This document shows, in pieces, positions 9,786 to 19,497 of a stretch of DNA of 64,000 bases. This DNA is from Vicinamibacteria bacterium (GTDB taxonomy: Bacteria; Acidobacteriota; Vicinamibacteria; Marinacidobacterales; Marinacidobacteraceae). Every line of letters starts with the position of its first letter. The first letter of the stretch is position 1. Location: the NCBI GenBank assembly GCA_963668695.2, contig CAXXLQ010000004.1:160001-224000 (forward strand). The letters are read 5' to 3'. The notes under the pieces were generated by a model. The model ran no database searches. It was not told the DNA's origin and worked only from the letters and a program-made list of their open reading frames with translations. The position numbers and the translations under genes are program-made.

Positions 9786-12164
9786 ATGCCGGCACGTACT
9801 GCGATCGGGCGCCGCATCGCTGTCCTGGGGGGCGGATTCCTCGCCGCTTTGTTGCTCATCGCGCTCGCCGCGGGTTTCTACGCCCGCGGCCAACTCCGAG
9901 CGAGCCGGCCTGTCCTGAGCGGGACCGTCACGCTGCCCGGGCTTCTCGCCCCTGCCGAGGTGGAACGGGATGGTTTGGGTATCCCCCGCATCAAGGCGGA
10001 AACGATGCGGGACGGCTACCGGGTGCTCGGGTATCTCCACGCCCAGGAACGGTTCTTCCAGATGGACCTGCAGCGCCGCCAGCCCGCGGGAGAATTGGCG
10101 GCCCTGGCGGGGGCGGCAGCGGCGCCGCTGGATCGGGAGGCGCGCCTTCACCGGATGCGGACGCGTACCGAACGGGCCGCGGAGGCACTGCCGGCCGAAG
10201 CGCGCCGGACCCTCGAGGCGTACCGGGACGGGGTGGCTGCCGGGCTCGCCGGACTGTCGGCGCCGCCGTTTGAATACCTGCTCCTCGGGCAGGAACCGGC
10301 CGCCTGGCGCATCAGCGACTCCCTGCTGACGGTCGTAGCGATGTATTTCGTCCTGAACGACGCGACGGGGGCCCACGAGGCGAGGACCGGGGCGCTCGAG
10401 ACGGCGCTGCCCGCCGAACTCGCGGCGTTCCTGAACCCGCCGGGCACCGACCGGGATGCCCCGCTGGACGGCGAAGCGTTTCCGGTCCCGCGGATTCCAG
10501 GGCCCGCGGCCTTCGCCGCGATCCGCCGGAGCCCTTCCATCGAGCCCGCGGAACCTCCGACGATTTCGGGAAGCAATTCCTGGGCGGTGGCGCCGCAGCG
10601 GGCCGCCGCCGGCACTGCGTTGATGGCGAGCGACATGCATCTGCCCCTGGGAGTACCAAACATCTGGTACCGCGCCGAACTGCACATCGGAGACGCCCGG
10701 CTCCGCGGGCTCACCCTGCCGGGAGTCCCCGCCGTGATCGCCGGAAGCACCGGCGAGGTGGCCTGGGGATTCACGAACTCGCAGGGAGATTGGACCGACC
10801 TCGTCGAACTGGAAATCGATCCATCCGACCCGCTTCGCTATCGCACCCCGGATGGCTGGCGGCGGATGGAGGCATTCGAGGAAGAGATTCAGGTGGCCGG
10901 CGGTCCGCCGGAAACGCTCGAAGTCCATGAAACGATCTGGGGACCGGTCAGCACCGAGTGGGGCCGACCCCTGGCGATCCGCTGGATCGCCCACGATCCG
11001 GAAGGACACCGAACCGGCTATCTGGGGTTCGCGGAGGCATCGAACGTCGAGGAACTCTTCCGCGCGGGCTGGGGCAGCGGGATGCCCCCCCAGAACCTGG
11101 TCGCCGTGGACCGGGAGGGATCGATCGGCTGGACCATCGCCGGACCGATTCCGCGACGGCGCGGATTCGACGGAAGAACCCCGACGTCCTGGGCCGACGG
11201 GGACCGGACCTGGGACGGCTACCTCGAACCGGGGGAGATCCCGGCCATCCGGAATCCGGCTTCCGGGCTCATCTGGACGGCCAACAACCGCATCGTGAGC
11301 GGGGACCTGCTGGATCGGCTCGGGAGGGGCGGAACGTATGCCCACGGCGAACGGGCCCGCCTGATCCGCGACCGGCTCGTCCCACTCGAGGCCGCCGACG
11401 AAGCGGGCCTGCTGGACATCCAGCTCGACGACCGCGCCGAAGAGCTCGCCATTTGGCGCGGGATCTTCCTCCGCTCGCTGGAGGGCGCGAGCGGCCCGCT
11501 GGCAGCCGAAGCCGCTCGAGTGCTGCGGGAGGGATGGACCGGTCGGGCCAGCGTCGACAGCGCCGCCTATCCCCTCGTCCGGAACGCGCGCGTGGAGCTC
11601 TTCCGCGCTGTCTATGGAACCCTCACCGCCCCCGCGGGCGATCTCCTGCCGGGGTTTTCCCCGTGGGTTGCTCTCCACTGGCCGGGGCCGCTGCTGCGGC
11701 TGGCGCAGGAACGGCCGGCGCACTTCGTTCCCCCGGGGGCGGCCGATTGGAACGATGCACTCCGGAGGGCCGTTCTCGCGACCGCCGAACGGATGAGCGC
11801 CGCCGGCCCGCTCGGCGAGCAGACGTGGGGAAAGGAAAACGTGGTCCACGTCCGCCATCCGCTGAGTCCGGGACTCCCTCCGCTGCTCTCCCGATTCCTT
11901 TCCCCGTTCCTGGACGCGGCGCCGCGCGGGCTTCCGGGAGACGCGGGATTGCCACGAGCCCAGAACGGGGCCCACGGCCCCTCCAACCGCTTCGTGGTGG
12001 CGCCGGGACGCGAAGAGACCGGAATCCTCCACATGCCGGGGGGACAGTCCGGTCACCCGGGCATGCCGTACTACCTGTCCGGCCACCGGGACTGGGAGGA
12101 AGGCCGGGCAACGCCCTTCCTGGCCGGGCCCACCGAGTGGACGCTGACTCTGGTCCCGGAGTAA
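9786..12164 (+). CDS. Penicillin acylase / acyl-homoserine-lactone acylase family Ntn hydrolase
   Basis: RDGLGIPRI, HAQERFFQMDL, GSNSWAV, DMHL, WGFTN, TANN, PGGQSG. Confidence 0.95.
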   Translation: MPARTAIGRRIAVLGGGFLAALLLIALAAGFYARGQLRASRPVLSGTVTLPGLLAPAEVERDGLGIPRIKAETMRDGYRVLGYLHAQERFFQMDLQRRQPAGELAALAGAAAAPLDREARLHRMRTRTERAAEALPAEARRTLEAYRDGVAAGLAGLSAPPFEYLLLGQEPAAWRISDSLLTVVAMYFVLNDATGAHEARTGALETALPAELAAFLNPPGTDRDAPLDGEAFPVPRIPGPAAFAAIRRSPSIEPAEPPTISGSNSWAVAPQRAAAGTALMASDMHLPLGVPNIWYRAELHIGDARLRGLTLPGVPAVIAGSTGEVAWGFTNSQGDWTDLVELEIDPSDPLRYRTPDGWRRMEAFEEEIQVAGGPPETLEVHETIWGPVSTEWGRPLAIRWIAHDPEGHRTGYLGFAEASNVEELFRAGWGSGMPPQNLVAVDREGSIGWTIAGPIPRRRGFDGRTPTSWADGDRTWDGYLEPGEIPAIRNPASGLIWTANNRIVSGDLLDRLGRGGTYAHGERARLIRDRLVPLEAADEAGLLDIQLDDRAEELAIWRGIFLRSLEGASGPLAAEAARVLREGWTGRASVDSAAYPLVRNARVELFRAVYGTLTAPAGDLLPGFSPWVALHWPGPLLRLAQERPAHFVPPGAADWNDALRRAVLATAERMSAAGPLGEQTWGKENVVHVRHPLSPGLPPLLSRFLSPFLDAAPRGLPGDAGLPRAQNGAHGPSNRFVVAPGREETGILHMPGGQSGHPGMPYYLSGHRDWEEGRATPFLAGPTEWTLTLVPE

Positions 12165-12198
12165 GCGCCTCCAGGCGAACAACAGCACGTGTCCATAG

Positions 12199-12870
12199 GA
12201 GCTGGGGGCGATCACCGGATCGGATGACACGAGCTGGGGGCGATCACCGGATCGGATGACACGAGCTGGGGGCGATCACCGGGTCGGAGGACCCCAGCTG
12301 GGGGCGATAACCGGGTCGGATGACCCGAACTGGGGGCGATAAACGGATCGGATGACCCGAACTGGGGGCGATAAACGGATCGGATGACCCGAGCATGCGT
12401 CTATTGCGGAGCCGGCTAACCCAGGCATGCGTCTATTGCGGAGCCGGTGAACCCAGGCATGCGTCTATTGCGGAGCCGGTGAACCCAGGCATGCGTCTAT
12501 TGCGGAGCCGGTGAACCCAGGCATGCGTCTATTGCGGAACCGGTCAACCCAGGCATGCGTCTATTGCGGAGCCGGTCAACCCAGGCATGCGTCTATTGCG
12601 GAGCCGGTGAACCCAGGCATGCGTCTATTGCGGAGCCGGTGAACCCAGGCATGCGTCTATGTCGGAACCGGTGAACCCAGGCATGCGTCTAGTTCGGAGC
12701 CGGGTGACCCGGGCATGCGTCTATTTCGGAACCGGCTAACCCGGGCATGCGTCTATTTCGGAACCGGTGAACCCGGGCATGCGTCTATTTCGGAGCCGGT
12801 GAACCCAAGCATGCGTCTATTGCGGAGCCGGTGAACCCAAGCTGGGGGCGATCACCGGATCGGATGACCG
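12199..12870. repeat. 32-bp tandem array of two unit types (6 A + 14 B + 1 A)
   Basis: A = gagctgggggcgatcaccggatcggatgacac from 12199; B = aggcatgcgtctattgcggagccggtgaaccc 12391-12838; A again at 12839. Confidence 0.95.
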
Positions 12871-12888
12871 TTTTCCGGGCCGCGGCCG

Positions 12889-14157
12889 TCAGCGGAGATA
12901 GGGAATCGTCACCGGGCCGTGGGGGAGCACCGCGAGCCGACCCTCCGGGCCGGCGGCGGCGAGCGCCTCGCGGCACGCCCGGGAGAGGTCGGACACCGGT
13001 TCCAGATGCGCGGCACGTACGGTCTCTTCGGGGAGCGACGAATGGAGCCCGACCCGCGCGCGCTCCAGGATCCGGCAGTGCACCTGGATCTGCCAATCGT
13101 CCGGCCGGCGAACCGGAGAGGCGGCGAGCGCGTCCCGAACTTCCGCGAGGGTGGAACCCGCTCGGAGCGCCTTCGAGTAGGCACCCTTGTCGGGGATCCC
13201 TTCGCGGCACTCCGCCGCAGCGAGGATCGTTCCTCCCGCCGTCACGATCCGTTCCGCGGCGGACATTCCCTTTACCGCCTGGTAGAGGTTCTGGTCGAGG
13301 GGATACCCGGCATTCGTGGCCACGACGACCTCGAAAGGTTGATCCACCGGACACATGGCCTCCCGGTGGGAACGAACGCACGCCTGGGCGTGCTCTGCGA
13401 GCAGATCGCCGCCGAATGCGGCGGTGATCCGTTTGTCGCCGTCGAGCAGCACGTCGAGTCCGAAGTCCACCCCCACCTGACGGGAAATCGCCCGCACGTC
13501 GTCGTGGACGGGGTTGCCCTCGGTGATCCCGAAGACCGCTTTCGGGTGACCGATGCGCGGTTCGTCGTGGAGCACCAGAATCGTTTCCAGACCGGCCAGC
13601 CCCGGCGCCACCATCTTCGGTCCTCCGGAAAAGCCCGCGAAGAAATGCGGTTCCACGAAGCCGGTGGTGATCTGGACGTCCGCCTCCAGAAAACGGCGGT
13701 TGAGCAGCACGGGGACGCCGTTTTCGGTGTCCGGCAGCCGGACGAGCTCCGCGTCGTCCCGGCAGTCGTGGTTCACCACCTGGCAAGCAGAGAGGAGCTC
13801 GCTTCCGAACATGGCTTCCAGTTCAGCGGGGGTGGCCGCGCGGTGCGTTCCGGTAGCAACCAGCAGCGTCACCCGTTCGGGAGGGGTCGGAATCTCCTCG
13901 AGGATGGCCCGCAGCATCGGAATCCGGGGCTGGGCACGGGTCGGGTCGCATACCGAAATCGCCACCGTGGCTCCCGGTGGCACCCGCTCGGCGAGCGGCG
14001 GGCCGGTCACCGGCGCGCGCAGAACCGCGGCGATCGCCTCCTCCTCGGAGGAAACCGGAGCGGGGAACCGGGGCCGGATGACGGTCGTCCGGTCGGCGGC
14101 CGGCGCTGGGATTTCGAGGTCGAGCCCCTCGTCCCCGTAGTCGAGTCGGATCTGCAT
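12889..14157 (-). CDS. larA: Nickel-pincer-dependent lactate racemase (LarA) family
   Basis: CDPTR, ATGTHR, VEPHFFAGFSGGPKMVAPG, GYPLDQNLYQAVKG, AECREG. Confidence 0.93.
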   Translation of the reverse strand: MQIRLDYGDEGLDLEIPAPAADRTTVIRPRFPAPVSSEEEAIAAVLRAPVTGPPLAERVPPGATVAISVCDPTRAQPRIPMLRAILEEIPTPPERVTLLVATGTHRAATPAELEAMFGSELLSACQVVNHDCRDDAELVRLPDTENGVPVLLNRRFLEADVQITTGFVEPHFFAGFSGGPKMVAPGLAGLETILVLHDEPRIGHPKAVFGITEGNPVHDDVRAISRQVGVDFGLDVLLDGDKRITAAFGGDLLAEHAQACVRSHREAMCPVDQPFEVVVATNAGYPLDQNLYQAVKGMSAAERIVTAGGTILAAAECREGIPDKGAYSKALRAGSTLAEVRDALAASPVRRPDDWQIQVHCRILERARVGLHSSLPEETVRAAHLEPVSDLSRACREALAAAGPEGRLAVLPHGPVTIPYLR

Positions 14158-14183
14158 GGACAGCTTCCGCGTATTCTCGCCGG

Positions 14184-15050
14184 ATGCGCCTTTACCGTTA
14201 CTCCACCCCGTCCGGCACGGACGCCGGAGTCCTGCTGGGGGACCGGCTGATCCCCATCCGCGAACTGGCCGCGGAACTCACCCCAGCGGAGCCCGGCGAT
14301 CTCGACGAGGTTGTCCAGAGCGGCCGTCTTCCGGCCATTGCCGAGGCCGCGAGGCGGTATGAGGGAGCCGGCGGCGCCACCGGACTCCGGCTGGAGGACG
14401 TCGATGTGCTGGCCCCGCTGGTCCGCCCCCCCAAGATCTGGTGCATCGGGCTCAACTACCGCGCCCACGCCGCGGACCTCGACGCGCGGACACCGGAAAC
14501 GCCGGTCGGCTTCATGCGGCCAAACGCGTCCATCGTCGGCCCGGGAGACACCGTGCGCCTGCCCCGGGCGTCCCGGCGGGTCACCGGCGAGGGGGAACTC
14601 GTGATCGTGCTCGGCCGGTCGGGGCAGGACATCCCGCGCAGCGACGCCCTCGCCGCGGTGGGCGCCTACACCCTCGCGGTGGACATGACCGCCGAGGACA
14701 TTCTCCGGCAGAACCCGCGCTTCCTGACCCGGGCCAAGAGCTTCGACACCTTCCTGAGCCTCGGCCCCTGCCTCGTCACCCCGGACGAAGTGGCGACGCG
14801 CGAGTCGCTCCCCGCGGTCCGCACCTCGACTCTCCTCAACAAGGAGCCGGCCCGGAGCGCGCTGGTGGAGGCAATGACCCACCCCCCGGAGAAGCTCATC
14901 TCCTTCTTTTCCGAGGACATGACCTGGAAGGCCGGCGACATCCTGCTCACGGGAACTCCGGGTGCGGTGGTCATCGAGGACGGAGACACGGTCGGGGCCG
15001 AGGTGGAGCAGATCGGGCGGCTGGAGAACCCGGTGCGGCGGATCCGCTAG
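14184..15050 (+). CDS. Fumarylacetoacetate hydrolase family protein
   Basis: KIWCIGLNYRAH, EGELVIVLG, KSFDTF, GDILLTGTPG. Confidence 0.93.
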   Translation: MRLYRYSTPSGTDAGVLLGDRLIPIRELAAELTPAEPGDLDEVVQSGRLPAIAEAARRYEGAGGATGLRLEDVDVLAPLVRPPKIWCIGLNYRAHAADLDARTPETPVGFMRPNASIVGPGDTVRLPRASRRVTGEGELVIVLGRSGQDIPRSDALAAVGAYTLAVDMTAEDILRQNPRFLTRAKSFDTFLSLGPCLVTPDEVATRESLPAVRTSTLLNKEPARSALVEAMTHPPEKLISFFSEDMTWKAGDILLTGTPGAVVIEDGDTVGAEVEQIGRLENPVRRIR

Positions 15051-15158
15051 GGAGGCGCCGCAGCGATGACCGCGGGCGCACCGGGTCGTCTGATCCGGAT
15101 CAGAACTCCGGATCAGAACTCCGGATCAGACGCCTTCCGAGCGACCGGCGCGCCGCCG

Positions 15159-15695
15159 TCAGGGCCTCGGCGGCGCGAAGTGGCGGACCCGAGCCAGCAG
15201 GTCGCGAGCCGGACCACCGGATGCCGCCGCCTGCCAACCGATCACGTCCGGCCGAGAACCGAAGAGGACGATCGTGACGCCGTCGCGCGGAGGTCCGGGC
15301 CGTTCGCCGCCTTCGACCCGCACTCCACGCGCGCCACCCGGCGCGAGCGCTGCCGAGGGCGCCGTCAGACCCGGCTTTCCGGCCAGGTGGAGCCTCGCCG
15401 CCTCCCGCTGACAGGCCGCCCAGCTCGCGCGGTTCCCGGTCAGGACCTCGATGGGAAGCTCGGGACGCACGACCGGCGGGTCGCCCACTTCCACCGCCCA
15501 GAGCGCCCGTTGAATGTGGGGCAGGTCCTCTGGGTCGTGGATCTCCTCGTGCCGGAGGAACTCGGCCCAGGCCCCGTCCGGGGTGTCCGAAAAGCAATGC
15601 GCGAGCTCCCCGGAACGGTTCCACCGCCCCCCCGTCGGCGAAGCGGTCTCGCGGAGGAACGGAAACCGGGGATCGGCGTGCCGAAACGCGATCAT
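15159..15695 (-). CDS. RES-domain toxin
   Basis: FRHADPRFPFL...GRWN...AWAEFLRHEE...APSAA; ATG overlaps the antitoxin stop. Confidence 0.8.
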   Translation of the reverse strand: MIAFRHADPRFPFLRETASPTGGRWNRSGELAHCFSDTPDGAWAEFLRHEEIHDPEDLPHIQRALWAVEVGDPPVVRPELPIEVLTGNRASWAACQREAARLHLAGKPGLTAPSAALAPGGARGVRVEGGERPGPPRDGVTIVLFGSRPDVIGWQAAASGGPARDLLARVRHFAPPRP

Positions 15696-16300
15696 GTGGC
15701 CGGGAAAAAGCCGAGGGCCGCCGCCAGCTTCCGCACCCGCTCGGGACCGCGCTCGTCCGGCGTCCAGGCGCCGGTCAGCAGGTCCGCCGGGGTCTTGCCA
15801 CCGAGCGCGGTCCGCCTCCGGTCGAACCAGCGCCGGACCCCAATATCGTTGTAGGCGCCGGCGAGGTCGCCCACGACCAAGGCAAGAAAGTGGAGTCGGG
15901 CGGCGACCGCGTCCGGCGTCGCTCTCGACCTCGACGAGTAGCGGCGGGCGCTGGACAGGGAAATCCCCAGGAGGCGCGCCAGCAGCTCGATTCCCAGCGA
16001 CCGCGACAGGGCCGGCCACTCGCTGGTGGGGGCGGGGGAACCGGCGAGTGCCTCGTGGACGGCCCGGAGCCAGGCGGCGGTCGCTGCCGGGTCCCGCCCG
16101 GCGGGGCGCCGGAGAAACCGGGCGATCCCGGCCTCGAAAAGGCGCACCTCAAACGCCTGCATGGCCTCGTCATCGAGCCGGACGATCTCGGGTGGGCATA
16201 GCCCCATCGCCTCCGCCCGGCTCAGCGCCGACGCGGCCAGGGGCGCCACCTGCGGATGGTCATACGGACTCTCGGCGGATTCAATATGGAGTTGTTTCAC
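15692..16300 (-). CDS. Xre/MbcA/ParS-type antitoxin
   Basis: HTH-like LLARLLGISLSSARRY and C-terminal VRRWFDRRRTALGGKTPADLL; start uncertain. Confidence 0.78.
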   Translation of the reverse strand: MKQLHIESAESPYDHPQVAPLAASALSRAEAMGLCPPEIVRLDDEAMQAFEVRLFEAGIARFLRRPAGRDPAATAAWLRAVHEALAGSPAPTSEWPALSRSLGIELLARLLGISLSSARRYSSRSRATPDAVAARLHFLALVVGDLAGAYNDIGVRRWFDRRRTALGGKTPADLLTGAWTPDERGPERVRKLAAALGFFPAT

Positions 16301-16624
16301 TATCCGAATCGTATCCAATGACAGTCCGCGATACGACTCGGCGGGATTTCCTCCCCTCACCGGGAGCCCTGCCGCTGCCATGCACGCGGGTGACCGAGGC
16401 CGGACCGCCGGACGCGAGCGATGGCCACAACCGCATAGACGGAATTGCGGGCGAAAAATTCCCGCCGCAATCCTCTGTCTTCCCGGTGTCTTCCCGGTGT
16501 CTTCCCGGTTGTCGTCCCGGACTGGGCGGTCTTCTGCGGAAGCGCCATCCGCTTGAGCGGCAGCGCGCGTCTCGCCCGTCTCCGGCGGGCGATGCCGGCC
16601 TGAAGGCCGGCGGTCCCTGGCCGC

Positions 16625-17611
16625 CTACAGCTCCACGACGGTGCCGAGGCCCTGTTCCTCGGCCCGAGCGAGCGCGGCGGCCCCGACGGCAACGTCCTGG
16701 ACGGCGGTTCCTACCGTCTTGAAGAGCGTGGGCCCGCGCTCGGGACGCGGCGCGGTGCCCGCAGCGATCTCGCCGATCTCGGCGAGGACATGGTCCTCGG
16801 TGATCGCGCCCCGGTCGCGGGGCTGAATCAGGTCACCCGTCTCTTCCCAACAGGATTCGCGGTGGTCCACCACCACCGCCGAACGAACGACCGTCGCTTC
16901 GGGAATGATCTGCATCTCCGGGGTGAAGGAGCCCACGGCATTCAGGTGGGCGTCGTCCCGAAGCGCACTGTCCGAGAACACTGGGGTGCTGGCCGTAGTG
17001 GCCTCGGCGATCACCTCGGAAGCGGCGACCGCATGGTTCGCGGACGGGGCCACGGTCACCGGAATTCCCAACCTCTCCGACATTTCGGTCGCGAAGGCGT
17101 GCGCCGCCTCGGTGCGGGGGTCATACACGGTGGCGCTCTCGATTCCCGGCCGGGCGGTGACCATCGCCTCGAGCTGGGTGCGGGCCTGAACGCCGGCCCC
17201 GAGCACGCCCGCCGTCCGGACGTTGGCCCGCGCGAGTTCCTCGGTCGCCACCCCCGAGGCGGCGCCGGTTCGGATCGCGGTCAAAACGCCGCCGTGGAGG
17301 GCTCCGGCAGGCAGACCGGTGTCGGGGTCAAGCACCACCACCAGCGCGTTGATGGTGGGAAGCGGCGGCGTGCGCGCCAGGTTCTCCGGAAAGATGGAAA
17401 CGATCTTGGTGGCGAGCTGGTGGCTCCCCGCGAGGTAGCCCGGCATGTAGAGGCTGATCCCGGAGCGGCGCGGCACGTCCACGCGAACCCGGACCGGCAT
17501 GGTGGCCCGGCCGGCGGAGAGTTCCACGAAGGCCTGGCGGACCGCCCGGATCGCTTCGGCCATGGGCATGGCGGACCGGACTTCGGCAGCGGACAGGAGG
17601 CGCAATTTCAT
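16625..17611 (-). CDS. Ornithine cyclodeaminase / mu-crystallin family protein
   Basis: LTAIRTGAASGVA, GAGVQA, HLNAVGS, LFKTVGTAVQD; ATG at 17611 inside the long 16625..19504 ORF. Confidence 0.92.
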   Translation of the reverse strand: MKLRLLSAAEVRSAMPMAEAIRAVRQAFVELSAGRATMPVRVRVDVPRRSGISLYMPGYLAGSHQLATKIVSIFPENLARTPPLPTINALVVVLDPDTGLPAGALHGGVLTAIRTGAASGVATEELARANVRTAGVLGAGVQARTQLEAMVTARPGIESATVYDPRTEAAHAFATEMSERLGIPVTVAPSANHAVAASEVIAEATTASTPVFSDSALRDDAHLNAVGSFTPEMQIIPEATVVRSAVVVDHRESCWEETGDLIQPRDRGAITEDHVLAEIGEIAAGTAPRPERGPTLFKTVGTAVQDVAVGAAALARAEEQGLGTVVEL

Positions 17612-17659
17612 GGGCGGGTTTGTACCAGAGGGGTGCCCTCGCTGTGCAAGAATCGCGGC

Positions 17660-18541
17660 ATGAACGGCGTCTATTCGGTTCTTCCGACCCCCTTTGCTCC
17701 GGACGGCAGCTTCGACTCCGAAAGCCTCCGCCGGGTGATCGACCTGTTCCTCGAGGACGGGGTCTCCGGCTTCACCGCCCTCGGGGTAACGAGCGAAGTT
17801 GCGCGGATTTCCGATCGGGAGCGCGATGAGATTCTGGAAGCCAGCATGGCCCACGCGGACGGTCGGGTACCGGTGATCGTGGGCGCCACCGGCCCGGGTC
17901 TCGATGTCTGCCTGGAGCGTTGCCGCGCCGCGGAACGCGCCGGAGCGGCCGGAGTCATGGTGTCCCCGCCTCGCGCTCCGAAATGCAACTCCGAGGCGAT
18001 CTTCCGGCACTTCGCCCGGATCGCCGAAACGATCTCGATCCCGATCGTGATCCAGGACTTCCCACCGATCTCGGGCTTCCACATGGAACCGGATCTCCTC
18101 GCCCGCCTCTGCCGCGAGATCCCCTCGGCGCGGACGATCAAGCTGGAGGATGCGCCCACCCCCTACAAGGCTGCCCGCATCCGGGAACGTACGGAGGGGT
18201 TGGATATCGGCATCTTCGGCGGCCTCGGCGGCGCCTACCTGATCGAGGAACTCATCTCGGGCGCGACCGGCGCCATGACCGGTTTCGCGTATCCCGGACT
18301 GCTGGTAGCGGTCGTGTCCCGTTGGGACGCCGGTGACCGGGACGGGGCGGCAGCGGCGTTTTACCAGTACGCCCCGGTGATGCGGTTCGAGTTCCAGGAA
18401 GGCATCGGAATGGCTATCCGCAAGGAAATGCTCCGCAGGAGGGGAGCGATCGCCCATACGGGCATCCGCGCGCCCGCCGCCCTGCTCGACCGGGCTACGG
18501 AGGAGGCGCTCGACCGCATCCTCGCCCACTTCGAGCTCTAG
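17660..18541 (+). CDS. Dihydrodipicolinate synthase / N-acetylneuraminate lyase family protein
   Basis: GVYSVLPTPF, GVTSE, RVPVIVG, IKLED (Schiff-base Lys). Confidence 0.9.
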   Translation: MNGVYSVLPTPFAPDGSFDSESLRRVIDLFLEDGVSGFTALGVTSEVARISDRERDEILEASMAHADGRVPVIVGATGPGLDVCLERCRAAERAGAAGVMVSPPRAPKCNSEAIFRHFARIAETISIPIVIQDFPPISGFHMEPDLLARLCREIPSARTIKLEDAPTPYKAARIRERTEGLDIGIFGGLGGAYLIEELISGATGAMTGFAYPGLLVAVVSRWDAGDRDGAAAAFYQYAPVMRFEFQEGIGMAIRKEMLRRRGAIAHTGIRAPAALLDRATEEALDRILAHFEL

Positions 18542-18577
18542 GCGTCCGTACCCGGGCCCGGAACGGAGGGAATTCCC

Positions 18578-19480
18578 ATGAACCTGCTGGACCGGGCCAT
18601 CGCCGGGACCCTCCCGCTCCTGCCGAAAGCGTTGGTGCGGCCGTTCGCCCGGCGCTACGTCGCGGGCGAGACGGTCGAGCAGCTCGTTCGCGAAACCGAA
18701 GCGCTCAACCGCCAGGGGTATCTGGTGGCGATCAGTCAGCTTGGGGAGTTCGTCACGGGTCGCGCCGAAGCGGAGGAGGCAACCGCGGTGTACCGACAGG
18801 TCCTCGACGAACTCCACGCGCGGCAGCTCTCGGCCTACGTCCACGTGAAGTTGACGCAGCTCGGGCTCATGATCGACCGCGACTTCTGCCGCGACCAGGT
18901 CCGTTCCCTGCTCGACCACGCGGCCCGGCACGGGGAAACCTTTGTGCGGATGGACATGGAGGACAGCCCGCAGATCGACGCCACGCTCGGCCTCTACCGG
19001 GAACTCCGTCCCGACTACCCGAACTTCGGGGTGGTCCTCCAGGCGCGCATGCGGCGCAGCCTGGCCGACGCCCGGGAACTCGCCAAGCTGCAGGCCAACG
19101 TGCGCGTCTGCAAGGGGGTCTATCTGGAGCCCCACGAGATCGCCTACACCGAGCCGCAGATCATCCGGGACCACTACCTGGCCATCCTGCGAACCCTGCT
19201 CTTGGCCGGGTGTTACGTGGCCATCGCCACCCACGACGAGTGGCTCGTCTTCCAGGCCTCCCGCATCATCGATGAACTCGGGCTCCCGCCCGAGCGCTAC
19301 GAGTTCCAGATGCTCCACGGAGTGCGCCCCCGGCTTCGCGAGATCGTGAAGGCGGCGGGACACCGGGTCCGGGTCGGAGTGCCGTTTGGTCCCGAGTGGA
19401 TGCCCTATTCCCTTCGCCGTCTGCGCAAGAACCCGGAAATCGCGCGCCACGTCCTGCGGGCGGTCTTTTCGCGCGGTTAG
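18578..19480 (+). CDS. Monofunctional proline dehydrogenase
   Basis: RYVAGE, KLTQLGL, DMED, RVCKGVYLEP, IATHD, EFQMLHG, YSLRRL. Confidence 0.93.
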   Translation: MNLLDRAIAGTLPLLPKALVRPFARRYVAGETVEQLVRETEALNRQGYLVAISQLGEFVTGRAEAEEATAVYRQVLDELHARQLSAYVHVKLTQLGLMIDRDFCRDQVRSLLDHAARHGETFVRMDMEDSPQIDATLGLYRELRPDYPNFGVVLQARMRRSLADARELAKLQANVRVCKGVYLEPHEIAYTEPQIIRDHYLAILRTLLLAGCYVAIATHDEWLVFQASRIIDELGLPPERYEFQMLHGVRPRLREIVKAAGHRVRVGVPFGPEWMPYSLRRLRKNPEIARHVLRAVFSRG

Positions 19481-19497
19481 CCCGGTACACTCGCTCC

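Noticed and set aside
9606-12230. 874-aa minus-strand ORF and similar long antisense ORFs
   Set aside because: GC-rich shadows of genes with clear motifs on the opposite strand.
12199-12870. CRISPR array
   Set aside because: Units are contiguous with no unique spacers, and no cas genes are in the window.
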